DNA of 32,000 nucleotides from Mycobacterium tuberculosis H37Rv (lineage in GTDB: Bacteria > Actinomycetota > Actinomycetes > Mycobacteriales > Mycobacteriaceae): assembly GCF_000195955.2 (NCBI RefSeq), contig NC_000962.3:2670001-2702000 (forward strand). Reading direction: 5' to 3'. The notes beneath the pieces are model-generated. The model saw nothing but the letters and a program-made list of their open reading frames with translations, was not told the DNA's origin and made no database searches. Position numbers and translations under genes: made by a program. Shown here one piece after another: positions 1 through 10,764 of the stretch. How positions within the stretch are numbered: position 1 is the first letter of the stretch; every line of letters begins with the position of its first letter.

Positions 1-269
1 GACGACCGCGCGATGAGCGGATGCTCGCGTCCGGCGGCCAGCGCGCGCAAGCCCTCGGCGAGTTCCAGCCGGTCGGCGGCCCGAAGCACCGCCCGATGCC
101 GACGGACCCGTCGGGTCTTGCGCAGCTGCCGAGCCACTTCGGTCACGGTCGTAGCCGGAAAGCGCTCGAGGTAGTCGGCGATGGCCCGAGCGTCCGGCCC
201 GATCAGTTCCTCGGCATGGGCGCTGAGCAAAACCGCAACCCGCCCATCGGGCAGCTGTTTGGGGGCCAT
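1..269 (-). CDS. mbtD: MbtD polyketide synthase, N-terminal part (gene continues beyond the window)
   Basis: The minus strand reads MAPKQLPDGRVAVLLSAHAEELIGPDARAIADYLERFPATTVTEVARQLRKTRRVRRHRAVLRAADR... from ATG at 269..267. The ATG overlaps the mbtC stop (ATGA). Position in the mbt operon fits. Confidence 0.9.
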   Translation of the reverse strand, partial: MAPKQLPDGRVAVLLSAHAEELIGPDARAIADYLERFPATTVTEVARQLRKTRRVRRHRAVLRAADRLELAEGLRALAAGREHPLIARS

Positions 270-1603
270 CACACCTCCCCACACTCGGGGCCACGCTCGG
301 GCGCGGAAACGGTGTCCGGCATCGAAACGATCACGTGGCTATTGGTACCGCTCATCCCGAACGCGGACACCGCCGCGGTGCGCCATCCGTCAACGGCCCG
401 CCACGGCGTGAGTTTGTCGGCCAGCCGCAGACCCTGTTTCTCCCAATCGATTTCGCGGCTGGGCTCGTCGACGTGCAGTGTCGGCGGGATCGCGGCGTGC
501 TGGGCGGCCAGAATGACCTTCACAAGGCCCAGCCCGCCCGCCGCCGCCTGAGCATGCCCGATGTTTGACTTGACCGATCCCAACAGCGGCCCGCGTCCGG
601 CCGGGGCGGTGCCGTAGCTGGCTGCCAGTGACCGCAATTCGGTGCGATCGCCGAGCCGGGTCGCGGTGCCGTGCCCTTCGACCATCCCGACATCGGCGGG
701 CACAACTGCTGCCTGCGCGATGGCGCGCCGGAGCAGTCGCGTTTGCGCGTCGCCGCTGGGCGCGGTCAGCCCGTCGCTAAGTCCATCGGAGTTCAGGCAA
801 CTGGCACGCACCTCGGCGAGGACACGACGCCGGTCAGCGGTTGCCCGCGACCGGCGCTGCAGGAGGAACATGGCGGCGCCCTCTGCCCAGGCGGTTCCGC
901 TGGCGTGCGCGCTGTAGGGCCGGCAGTGGCCGTCGTCGGATAGCGCGTGCTGCTTGGAGAACTCGACGAAATAGCCGGGCGTACCCATCACGCACACGCC
1001 GCCGGCGAGTGCCAGGTCGCAGTCGCCGGCCCGGATAGCTTGAACCGCGGTGTGAAAGGCCGCCAGCGCCGACGAACACGAGGTATCGACGGTCAGCGCC
1101 GGCCCGGCCAGGTCAAGGGTGTAGGCGATGCGCCCGGAGATGACACCCAGCGACGTCCCGGTGATCAGATGGCCACTGTGGTGGGAGAATTCGGTCAAAG
1201 CGGGACCGTATTCGAGCGCCGAGGCACCGACATAACAGCCCACATCGTGACCGGCCAGGTCATCGGGATTGATCCCGCTGTTCTCCAGGGTGCGCCATGC
1301 TACTCGCAGCCCCACCCGCTGCTGCGGGTCCATCGCCGTCGCCTCGCGCGGTGAGATGCGGAAGAACTCAGGATCGAATGTAGTTGCGCTGGAAAGGAAT
1401 CCGCCAAGGTTGTGGATCGGTTTGAATCCGTTTCGACGCGACCCGTCGAACAGCTCGCGAAGTGCCCAACCTCGATCGGTGGGGAACGGTCCGAGTCCCT
1501 CGCGCTGTTCGGAGAGCAGTGTCCAGTAGTCGTCGGCGGTTTCGACACCACCGGGTGCCTCGATGGCCAGCCCGACGATGACGACCGGGTCGTTATCGGA
1601 CAT
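269..1603 (-). CDS. mbtC: MbtC, beta-ketoacyl synthase (polyketide synthase) of mycobactin biosynthesis
   Basis: 444-aa ORF from ATG 1603. KS active-site motif VDTSCSSALAAFH, VEGHGTATRLGDRTE and NIGHAQAAAG motifs. Overlaps the mbtB 3' end by 11 bp and mbtD by 3 bp. Confidence 0.95.
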   Translation of the reverse strand: MSDNDPVVIVGLAIEAPGGVETADDYWTLLSEQREGLGPFPTDRGWALRELFDGSRRNGFKPIHNLGGFLSSATTFDPEFFRISPREATAMDPQQRVGLRVAWRTLENSGINPDDLAGHDVGCYVGASALEYGPALTEFSHHSGHLITGTSLGVISGRIAYTLDLAGPALTVDTSCSSALAAFHTAVQAIRAGDCDLALAGGVCVMGTPGYFVEFSKQHALSDDGHCRPYSAHASGTAWAEGAAMFLLQRRSRATADRRRVLAEVRASCLNSDGLSDGLTAPSGDAQTRLLRRAIAQAAVVPADVGMVEGHGTATRLGDRTELRSLAASYGTAPAGRGPLLGSVKSNIGHAQAAAGGLGLVKVILAAQHAAIPPTLHVDEPSREIDWEKQGLRLADKLTPWRAVDGWRTAAVSAFGMSGTNSHVIVSMPDTVSAPERGPECGEV

Positions 1604-4600
1604 CGGCACTCACCATCCGGGCCACGGCGTCGAGGTGATCGTTGAGATAGAAGTGACCACCATCAAAGTGCGACAGCGTGAAGCGACCGGAGGTGTGAGT
1701 CTCCCAACTGGTCAACATCTCCCGGCTGATGCGGTGGTCGCGGTTGCCGCCGACCGCGTGGATGTTGGCGCGGATGCGCACGTCGGGTGGACATGAATAG
1801 CCGCTGAGGGCCCGATAGTCGGCCTTGACCGCCGGCACCAGCAGTTCAACGAATTCCTCGTCCTCGAGCAGCACGGGATCGGTGCCGCCAAGATCCACCA
1901 TGTCGGCCAGGACGTCACGGTCGGCGGTCGGCAACGGTCCGGACGCGGCCACCGTCGACGGAGCCTGACCGGAGGAAGCCCACAGTGCACGTACCGGCAC
2001 GCCATTGCGCTCGGCGAGGCGAGCGAACTCGAAGGCCACTATCGCACCCATGCAATGGCCGAACAGCGTCAGCGGAGCCGTCAGGTGCCAGTCGCCCGCC
2101 TCGAACAGCTCGAGCGCCAGCGCCTCGATGCTGTCTGCCGCCGGGTGGCTGCGCCGGTCAGCCCGCTGCGGGTACTGCACCACGAACGTGTCAACGTCGT
2201 TGGCCACTAACGATTTTGCCAACCACCGGTAAGCCGCGGCAGCGCCGCCGGCGTGTGGAAACACCAGCACCGCGCCGGGCTTGTCAGTACCGGTGAACCG
2301 CTTCACCCACGGTTTGAAGGCTGGCTGTGCGGGCTGCTCGATCGGATCGAGCGCCGCCATCACGTCGGCACTTGTCATATTCGCGATTTCTAAGTACACC
2401 TCGGCGACCAGTTCGAGTCGGTCGGCGTTGGCTTCCCGACCGGTGAGCAACTGGGCCAACGCGGCAATGGTCCTGGCGGCAAACATGTCGGCGACCATCA
2501 GGCTCGGCGAATCCAGCCACCGCCGGATACCGGCGACGACCTGGGTCGCAAGCACGGAATCGCCGCCCAGGGCAAAGAAGTCGTCGTGCACGCCCACGGC
2601 ATCGTTGGCACGGCCCAGGATGTCCGCGACGATGCGGCGCAGTGCCCGCTGAAGCACCGTTCGCGGCGCCGCATAGGGTGCCGATCTGTCGCCAGACCGC
2701 TCGACCTCGGCGGCAAGCAGGGCGCCAACCTCCGCGCGGTCGATCTTGCCGCTGTCGGTAAAGGGGATGCGGTCTAGCAGCGTGACGTGGCGCGGAATCA
2801 TGTGCGCGGGCACCAGATCGGCGAGCTGCTGTCGAATCGACTCCGCGGTCACGCCGGCATCGTCGACGCAGACCGCCGCGGCCAGCACATCGGACCCGCC
2901 AGGAAGCACGGTGGCCGCCGCCGCGTGCACACCGGGCAAGCGCTGCAGCGCGGCTTCGATCTCGCCGAGTTCGACGCGGTACCCGCTGATCTTGACGCGG
3001 TGATCGGCACGGCCGACGAACTCCAGGGTGCCGTCGTGCCAGTAGCGGGCCAGATCACCGGTGCGATACCAGGTGCGGCCGTCATGCTCGACGAAGCGCT
3101 CCGCGGTCAGCTCGGGACGGCCACGGTAACCCCGGGCGATTCCGCGACCGGACACCCACAACTCACCGGCCACCCAATCGGGGCAGTCGTCGCCGCTGTC
3201 GGCCACTACCCGGCAGGCGTTGTTGGGAAACGGGACGCCGTATGGCACCGAGGCCCAGTCCGGTGGCAGATTGGCCGCGTCCTGGACCTCGAAAATGGTT
3301 GCGTGGACCGCGGTTTCGGTGGCTCCACCCAACCCCGCGAACCGTGCGCTCGGCGCTTGCACCTGCAGGCGGCGGGCCAGGTCGGGACGCACCCAGTCGC
3401 CGCCGACGGCCACCGCTCGCAGCGACGACAGCCGGCCCCCGCCGACTTCGAGCAGCATGTCCAACCAGCCCGGCATGAAATTCAACGCCGTGACCTCGTA
3501 AGTGTCGATAAGCCGGGCCCAGGCGTCGGGATCGCGGCGCTGCGCTTCGTCGACCACCACGATCGCTCCGCCGGAGCGCAGGGCGGCGAAGATGTCCAGC
3601 ACCGACATGTCGCACTCCAGCGTCGCCAGGGCAAGCCAGCGATCTGCGGCGCCTAGCTCGAAGTGCCGGATGAAGGTCTCCACGGTGTTCATCGCGGCGT
3701 CGTGCGCCACCTCGACACCCTTGGGTTCCCCGGTTGAGCCCGAGGTGAACAACACATAGGCGAGCGCGGTGGGATCGCTAGGCCCGGGCACGAATTCTGC
3801 CGGCGCGGCGGCAAGCACGTCAGCCAGCAACAGCGTCGGGACCGGCACCCGCACTTGGCATGGCGGGCCGCAAACGAGCGCTAAGTTGACCGAACCGGTC
3901 GCCAGGATGCGCTCCGCGCGGTCGCGGGGCTGGTCGACGCCGATCGGCAGATAGACCCCGCCGGCGGCCAAAATCCCCAGCACAGCCGCCACTTGTTCGC
4001 CCGTTTTCGGACCCAGCACCGCGACGGTGTCGCCGACTCGTAGGCCCGCAGCACGCAGCGCCGCGGCCACCGCCGATGCCTGGTCGCGCAGTTGGGCGTA
4101 GCTCAAGTCGCCGGAACTGGCGAACACCGCCGGCGCGTCGGGCTGCTGTTGGGCCTGGCGGAAAAACCCGTCGTGCAGCGCCTCGGTGCTGGGGGCGGCG
4201 GTGCGACCGTTCAGCGCCGCGCGCACCGCGCGTTGCGCGGCGGGTAGCGCGGACGGGCTCGGCGCATCCCAGGCGTCGTCCCCGGCGGCCAACCGGAGCA
4301 ATTCGTCGACCTGGTGGGTGAACATGGCGTCGATGACGCCGGGTGCAAAGACCCCCTCGCGGACATCCCAGTTCACCAGCACACCGCCGTCGAACTCGGT
4401 GACCTGGGCGTCGAGCAGCACCTGGGGCCCCTGCGAAATGATCCATCCGGGTGTGCCGAATTGCTCGGTGACGTCCGGGCAGAAAAGGTCGCCGAGCCCC
4501 AGCGCGCTGGTGAATACCACCGGTGCCAGCACCTGGGTGCCACGGTGGCGGCTGAGGTCACGCAGCACAGACAGCCCGGGGTATGCACTGTGGCCTGCGG

Positions 4601-5837
4601 CGCTGCGCAGGGCTTCCTGCACCGCCTGCGCCCGCGCCGCCGCCGTGCGCGCACCGGTCAGATCGACGTCGAGCAACAGCGAGGAGGTGAAGTCACCGAC
4701 CAGCAGGTCGACGTCTGGATGCAGGGCCTGGCGACTGAACAACGGCAGGTTCAGCAGGAACCGCGACGACGCTGACCAACGCGCCAGCACGTTGGCAAAG
4801 GCCGCGGCCAGCGTCATCGCCGGGGTGATGCCGCGGGCCCGGGCTCGGGCGAACAACGCGTCGCGGGTCTGCGGGTCTAGCCAGTGCCAGCGCCGGGTGC
4901 TGCGGCGCCGGTCGCGTTCGCCGCCGGCCCGGGTAGGCAGCGCGGGCGGATCCGGCAGCTGCGGGATGCGCTGCGCCCACCAGTCCCGGTCGGCGTCGCG
5001 AACCGGTTGGGGCAGCGTCTCCTCCGCCTCGATAGCCTGCCGGTATTCCCGGTAGGTGTAGCCCAGTGCCGGCGGTTCACGGCCGTCATAGAGGGCCGCC
5101 AGGTCGGCCAGCAAGATGCGGTAGCTCATCGCGTCAGCGGCCTGCATGTCCAGGTCGACATGTAGGCGGGTGCGCTCCCCCGGTAATAACGTCAACGCAA
5201 GTTCGAATACCGCACCGTCGAGCTGCTGGTGCGATTTGGCGTCGCGGATCCCCGCCAACCGCTGATCGACGACATCCGGGGCCACGTGACGCAGGTCGGC
5301 AACACTGATGGGAAAGTCGCGAGATCCCGCCGCCGGCGGGATGCGCTGGGTGCCGTCGGGCAAGAACTGCACCCGCAGCATCGGGTGCCGCAGCGCCAAC
5401 CGGGTGGCCGCCGCGCGGAGCCTGTCCGGATCGACCCGGGCACCATCGAACTCGACGTAGAGGTGCCCAGCTACCCCGCCGAGCTGTTGGTGGTCGTGGC
5501 GGCCGACCCACATCGCGTGCTGCATCGGCGCCAGCGGGAAAGGCTCGCCTTCCTGGGATAACCCGGCATCCCCTGGTGCGGCAACTGCCGTGGGCGCGAC
5601 GCCGGTGCCGGCGGACACCAGTTGGGACCAGGCCTCGATTGTGGGTGTGGCGGCCAGTGTGGCGAAGTCGACGGCGATGCCCTTCCGGCGCCAGCGCCCC
5701 ACCAGCGACATCATCCGGATCGAGTCCAGGCCCTGACCAACGAGGTTGGCGCCGGGGTGCAGAGCATCGGCGCGGACACCGAGCAACTCTGCGACCTCGG
5801 CGCGAATGATCTCCGAGCACGCCGTAGCATGCACCAC
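1593..5837 (-). CDS. mbtB: MbtB, phenyloxazoline synthase (NRPS)
   Basis: 1414 aa from GTG at 5837. N-terminal carrier motif GQGLDSIRMM, cyclisation/condensation-like DLDMQAADAMS, adenylation core LFTSGSTGEPKG and YRTGDLARY, PCP motif GGDSVLATQ, thioesterase GHCMGAIVA. The ORF track's 1449-aa version starts too far upstream and would run over the IdeR boxes. Confidence 0.95.
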   Translation of the reverse strand: MVHATACSEIIRAEVAELLGVRADALHPGANLVGQGLDSIRMMSLVGRWRRKGIAVDFATLAATPTIEAWSQLVSAGTGVAPTAVAAPGDAGLSQEGEPFPLAPMQHAMWVGRHDHQQLGGVAGHLYVEFDGARVDPDRLRAAATRLALRHPMLRVQFLPDGTQRIPPAAGSRDFPISVADLRHVAPDVVDQRLAGIRDAKSHQQLDGAVFELALTLLPGERTRLHVDLDMQAADAMSYRILLADLAALYDGREPPALGYTYREYRQAIEAEETLPQPVRDADRDWWAQRIPQLPDPPALPTRAGGERDRRRSTRRWHWLDPQTRDALFARARARGITPAMTLAAAFANVLARWSASSRFLLNLPLFSRQALHPDVDLLVGDFTSSLLLDVDLTGARTAAARAQAVQEALRSAAGHSAYPGLSVLRDLSRHRGTQVLAPVVFTSALGLGDLFCPDVTEQFGTPGWIISQGPQVLLDAQVTEFDGGVLVNWDVREGVFAPGVIDAMFTHQVDELLRLAAGDDAWDAPSPSALPAAQRAVRAALNGRTAAPSTEALHDGFFRQAQQQPDAPAVFASSGDLSYAQLRDQASAVAAALRAAGLRVGDTVAVLGPKTGEQVAAVLGILAAGGVYLPIGVDQPRDRAERILATGSVNLALVCGPPCQVRVPVPTLLLADVLAAAPAEFVPGPSDPTALAYVLFTSGSTGEPKGVEVAHDAAMNTVETFIRHFELGAADRWLALATLECDMSVLDIFAALRSGGAIVVVDEAQRRDPDAWARLIDTYEVTALNFMPGWLDMLLEVGGGRLSSLRAVAVGGDWVRPDLARRLQVQAPSARFAGLGGATETAVHATIFEVQDAANLPPDWASVPYGVPFPNNACRVVADSGDDCPDWVAGELWVSGRGIARGYRGRPELTAERFVEHDGRTWYRTGDLARYWHDGTLEFVGRADHRVKISGYRVELGEIEAALQRLPGVHAAAATVLPGGSDVLAAAVCVDDAGVTAESIRQQLADLVPAHMIPRHVTLLDRIPFTDSGKIDRAEVGALLAAEVERSGDRSAPYAAPRTVLQRALRRIVADILGRANDAVGVHDDFFALGGDSVLATQVVAGIRRWLDSPSLMVADMFAARTIAALAQLLTGREANADRLELVAEVYLEIANMTSADVMAALDPIEQPAQPAFKPWVKRFTGTDKPGAVLVFPHAGGAAAAYRWLAKSLVANDVDTFVVQYPQRADRRSHPAADSIEALALELFEAGDWHLTAPLTLFGHCMGAIVAFEFARLAERNGVPVRALWASSGQAPSTVAASGPLPTADRDVLADMVDLGGTDPVLLEDEEFVELLVPAVKADYRALSGYSCPPDVRIRANIHAVGGNRDHRISREMLTSWETHTSGRFTLSHFDGGHFYLNDHLDAVARMVSADVR

Positions 5838-5850
5838 AAACCCTCCCCTG

Positions 5851-5869
5851 TTAGCACAGGCTGCCCTAA
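5851..5869. promoter_or_regulatory. IdeR-like iron box in the mbtA/mbtB divergent intergenic region
   Basis: TTAGCACAGGCTGCCCTAA matches 14/19 positions of the palindromic consensus TTAGGTTAGGCTAACCTAA. It lies between the divergent mbtB and mbtA starts. Confidence 0.8.
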
Positions 5870-5871
5870 TT

Positions 5872-5890
5872 TTAGTGGTTACCCTATCTT
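5872..5890. promoter_or_regulatory. Possible second, degenerate IdeR half-box
   Basis: TTAGTGGTTACCCTATCTT lies 3 bp after the first box. Only parts of the 19-mer consensus are retained. Confidence 0.35.
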
Positions 5891-5935
5891 CGAACCACGC
5901 ACCTGCGCTACCAGCCCCCCTGTTAAGGAGCCCAC

Positions 5936-7633
5936 ATGCCACCGAAGGCGGCAGATGGCCGCCGACCCAGTCCCGACGGCGGACTGGGTGGCTTTGTACC
6001 GTTCCCCGCGGATCGGGCCGCGTCGTACCGGGCGGCCGGCTATTGGTCGGGGCGAACCCTGGACACCGTGCTCTCCGATGCCGCGCGGCGCTGGCCTGAC
6101 CGCCTCGCGGTGGCCGACGCCGGTGATCGTCCCGGCCACGGCGGCCTCAGTTACGCCGAACTCGACCAGCGGGCCGACCGGGCCGCCGCGGCGCTGCACG
6201 GCCTGGGCATCACGCCAGGCGACCGGGTACTGCTCCAGCTGCCAAACGGCTGCCAGTTCGCGGTTGCCCTGTTCGCGTTATTGCGGGCGGGAGCGATCCC
6301 AGTGATGTGCCTGCCCGGTCACCGCGCCGCCGAATTGGGCCACTTCGCCGCCGTCAGCGCGGCCACCGGGCTGGTGGTCGCCGATGTGGCCAGCGGGTTC
6401 GACTATCGGCCGATGGCGCGCGAACTTGTTGCCGATCACCCCACCCTGCGCCATGTCATCGTCGATGGCGATCCGGGACCGTTCGTGTCGTGGGCGCAGC
6501 TGTGCGCCCAGGCCGGCACCGGTTCGCCGGCACCGCCGGCCGATCCCGGATCGCCAGCGCTGCTGCTGGTCTCCGGCGGCACCACTGGCATGCCCAAACT
6601 CATTCCACGCACCCACGACGACTACGTGTTCAACGCGACGGCCAGCGCCGCACTCTGTCGGCTTAGCGCCGACGACGTCTATCTGGTGGTGCTGGCCGCC
6701 GGCCACAATTTCCCGCTGGCCTGCCCGGGCCTGCTCGGCGCGATGACCGTCGGGGCCACCGCCGTGTTCGCCCCCGATCCCAGCCCGGAGGCCGCCTTCG
6801 CCGCCATCGAGCGCCACGGTGTCACCGTCACCGCGTTGGTTCCGGCACTGGCCAAACTGTGGGCCCAATCCTGTGAGTGGGAGCCGGTGACACCGAAGTC
6901 ACTGCGGTTGTTGCAGGTTGGCGGGTCCAAGCTAGAACCCGAGGACGCTCGCCGGGTACGCACCGCGCTCACCCCGGGCCTGCAGCAGGTGTTCGGCATG
7001 GCGGAGGGGCTGCTGAACTTCACCCGCATCGGCGACCCACCCGAAGTGGTGGAGCACACCCAGGGGCGGCCACTATGCCCGGCCGACGAACTGCGCATCG
7101 TCAACGCCGATGGTGAGCCGGTGGGGCCCGGGGAGGAAGGCGAACTCTTGGTGCGCGGGCCCTACACGCTGAACGGCTATTTTGCTGCCGAACGCGACAA
7201 CGAGCGCTGCTTCGATCCGGACGGCTTCTACCGCAGCGGCGACCTGGTCCGCCGCCGCGACGACGGCAATCTGGTGGTCACCGGGCGCGTCAAGGATGTC
7301 ATCTGCCGTGCGGGAGAAACCATCGCCGCCAGCGACCTCGAAGAACAGCTGCTGAGCCATCCGGCGATCTTCTCGGCCGCGGCGGTGGGACTACCTGACC
7401 AGTATCTGGGGGAAAAAATCTGCGCTGCAGTCGTTTTCGCTGGAGCTCCGATTACGCTTGCGGAGTTGAACGGCTACCTTGACCGGCGTGGTGTGGCCGC
7501 GCATACGCGACCCGACCAGCTGGTCGCGATGCCGGCGCTGCCCACAACGCCGATCGGGAAGATCGACAAACGAGCGATCGTCCGCCAGCTCGGCATCGCG
7601 ACGGGTCCCGTGACGACCCAGCGCTGCCATTGA
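5936..7633 (+). CDS. mbtA: MbtA, salicyl-AMP ligase
   Basis: 565 aa. Adenylation motifs LLVSGGTTGMPKLIPRTHDDY and YRSGDLVRRR. AAGGAG Shine-Dalgarno just upstream of the ATG. Divergent from mbtB. Confidence 0.95.
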   Translation: MPPKAADGRRPSPDGGLGGFVPFPADRAASYRAAGYWSGRTLDTVLSDAARRWPDRLAVADAGDRPGHGGLSYAELDQRADRAAAALHGLGITPGDRVLLQLPNGCQFAVALFALLRAGAIPVMCLPGHRAAELGHFAAVSAATGLVVADVASGFDYRPMARELVADHPTLRHVIVDGDPGPFVSWAQLCAQAGTGSPAPPADPGSPALLLVSGGTTGMPKLIPRTHDDYVFNATASAALCRLSADDVYLVVLAAGHNFPLACPGLLGAMTVGATAVFAPDPSPEAAFAAIERHGVTVTALVPALAKLWAQSCEWEPVTPKSLRLLQVGGSKLEPEDARRVRTALTPGLQQVFGMAEGLLNFTRIGDPPEVVEHTQGRPLCPADELRIVNADGEPVGPGEEGELLVRGPYTLNGYFAAERDNERCFDPDGFYRSGDLVRRRDDGNLVVTGRVKDVICRAGETIAASDLEEQLLSHPAIFSAAAVGLPDQYLGEKICAAVVFAGAPITLAELNGYLDRRGVAAHTRPDQLVAMPALPTTPIGKIDKRAIVRQLGIATGPVTTQRCH

Positions 7634-7728
7634 CTGACGTCAACAAGTTGAATTGACTGCGTTGCATGACCGACGGTGTTCCGGCCCGCGGGTCACTTCG
7701 ATCACGCGGCGCGGTAGCGGTGAGCTCG

Positions 7729-8649
7729 ATGGTGTTGCGGCCCATCACCGGGGCGATTCCGCCAGACGGGCCGTGGGGGATATGGGCCTCGCGCCGGATC
7801 ATCGCCGGACTCATGGGCACGTTCGGGCCCTCGCTCGCGGGCACCCGAGTGGAACAAGTCAACTCCGTTCTGCCGGACGGACGCCGGGTCGTCGGCGAAT
7901 GGGTGTATGGACCGCACAACAACGCGATCAATGCCGGACCCGGTGGCGGCGCCATCTATTACGTACACGGCAGCGGTTACACGATGTGTTCGCCCCGAAC
8001 CCACCGGCGGCTGACATCCTGGCTGTCGTCATTGACCGGGCTACCGGTATTCAGTGTCGATTACCGACTGGCGCCGCGCTACCGTTTCCCGACCGCGGCC
8101 ACCGACGTGCGGGCAGCCTGGGATTGGTTAGCGCACGTATGCGGCTTAGCCGCGGAGCACATGGTGATCGCCGCGGATTCCGCGGGTGGCCATCTGACCG
8201 TCGACATGCTGCTGCAACCCGAGGTCGCCGCCCGACCTCCGGCGGCGGTGGTGTTGTTTTCGCCGCTGATCGACCTCACCTTCCGGCTGGGCGCCAGTCG
8301 TGAGCTGCAGCGCCCCGATCCTGTCGTGCGCGCTGACCGTGCGGCCCGGTCGGTTGCGCTGTACTACACCGGAGTCGATCCCGCCCACCACCGGCTGGCG
8401 CTCGATGTTGCCGGCGGGCCACCGCTGCCACCGACGCTGATCCAGGTGGGTGGAGCCGAGATACTCGAGGCCGATGCGAGACAACTCGATGCCGACATCC
8501 GCGCTGCCGGCGGCATATGCGAGTTGCAAGTGTGGCCTGATCAGATGCATGTGTTCCAGGCCCTGCCGCGGATGACGCCCGAAGCGGCCAAAGCCATGAC
8601 CTATGTTGCCCAGTTCATCCGCAGTACAACAGCACGTGGAGACCTCTGA
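7729..8649 (+). CDS. mbtJ: Acetyl-hydrolase/esterase of the HSL (alpha/beta hydrolase) family, MbtJ/LipK
   Basis: 306 aa from ATG 7729. HGSGYTM oxyanion-hole region, AADSAGGHL nucleophile elbow, and DQMHVFQ near the C-terminus for catalytic His. A longer in-frame start at 7666 is in the ORF track. Confidence 0.85.
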   Translation: MVLRPITGAIPPDGPWGIWASRRIIAGLMGTFGPSLAGTRVEQVNSVLPDGRRVVGEWVYGPHNNAINAGPGGGAIYYVHGSGYTMCSPRTHRRLTSWLSSLTGLPVFSVDYRLAPRYRFPTAATDVRAAWDWLAHVCGLAAEHMVIAADSAGGHLTVDMLLQPEVAARPPAAVVLFSPLIDLTFRLGASRELQRPDPVVRADRAARSVALYYTGVDPAHHRLALDVAGGPPLPPTLIQVGGAEILEADARQLDADIRAAGGICELQVWPDQMHVFQALPRMTPEAAKAMTYVAQFIRSTTARGDL

Positions 8650-8652
8650 ACG

Positions 8653-10030
<1,378 letters not shown>

Positions 10031-10457
10031 TTAATGGGTCGCAGCCCCCCGGGGTCGTCGCATGTCCAACGTGCTCGACTGGAAGAAAATGCTCGTCGGG
10101 AGCAAATGGCACCAGCCGGGGCGGCGACAGGACCCACCCACGGCCGGACGGTCCGCGGACTGCGTTTCGCAGCGTAATCATTTCCGCAGGCAGAGGCGGT
10201 CGCGGCCGGTGCTCGCCGGTTACCATGCCCGCCAACTCACGCACACGAAATCGTGAAACCTTTGCCAACCGTTTACTGGCTAGCTACAAAGCAAGGTTTT
10301 GCCTTCGCCGGAATTCTCCTAACATCACTCACTAACCACGTAGACCATCCGGTCGACGACGTAGTCGCGGTACGCGTGGCTCGCCAAGCTCGGTATGTCC
10401 GCTGGGTCTGCCCAGGCATCGCCCGATCGTTAGCCAGTCAACAGAGAGGACCCGACG

Positions 10458-10667
10458 ATGTTCGTAATCCGGCTCGCCGACGGCGAAGAAGTCCACGGCG
10501 AGTGCGACGAGCTGACGATTAACCCAGCAACCGGCGTCCTCACGGTCTGCCGGGTCGACGGGTTCGAGGAAACCACCACGCACTACTCGCCGTCGGCGTG
10601 GCGGTCGGTGACACACCGCAAGCGGGGGGTCGGCGTTAGACCATCCCTGGTCTCAACTGCTCAATAA
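10458..10667 (+). CDS. Small protein of unknown function (69 aa)
   Basis: ORF MFVIRLADGEEVHGECDELTINPATGVLTVCRVDGFEETTTHYSPSAWRSVTHRK... with a purine-rich SD-like AGAGAGGA 8 bp before the ATG. The composition looks like a folded beta-rich protein rather than a high-GC antisense artefact. Confidence 0.55.
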   Translation: MFVIRLADGEEVHGECDELTINPATGVLTVCRVDGFEETTTHYSPSAWRSVTHRKRGVGVRPSLVSTAQ

Positions 10668-10764
10668 GCCCGAGCCACACTTTCTAGATTCGACTTGATA
10701 TTCCTGGTCGCTCCCCTGACGCTGGGTGCTTCCTGGATCGCCGCACCAGGTATGGGAGGCGCCA

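Noticed and set aside
2787-3656. Long plus-strand ORF (289 aa) and similar ones at 4186..5055, 5229..5561, 5622..6305 opposite or overlapping mbtB/mbtA
   Set aside because: High-GC antisense shadow ORFs with Arg/Gly/His-rich composition and no motif. The minus-strand mbtB frame has complete NRPS domain motifs.
10253-10522. 89-aa plus-strand ORF beginning MKPLPTVYWLATKQG
   Set aside because: No convincing RBS and an Arg-rich C-terminal half. It overlaps the better-supported 10458..10667 ORF in another frame.
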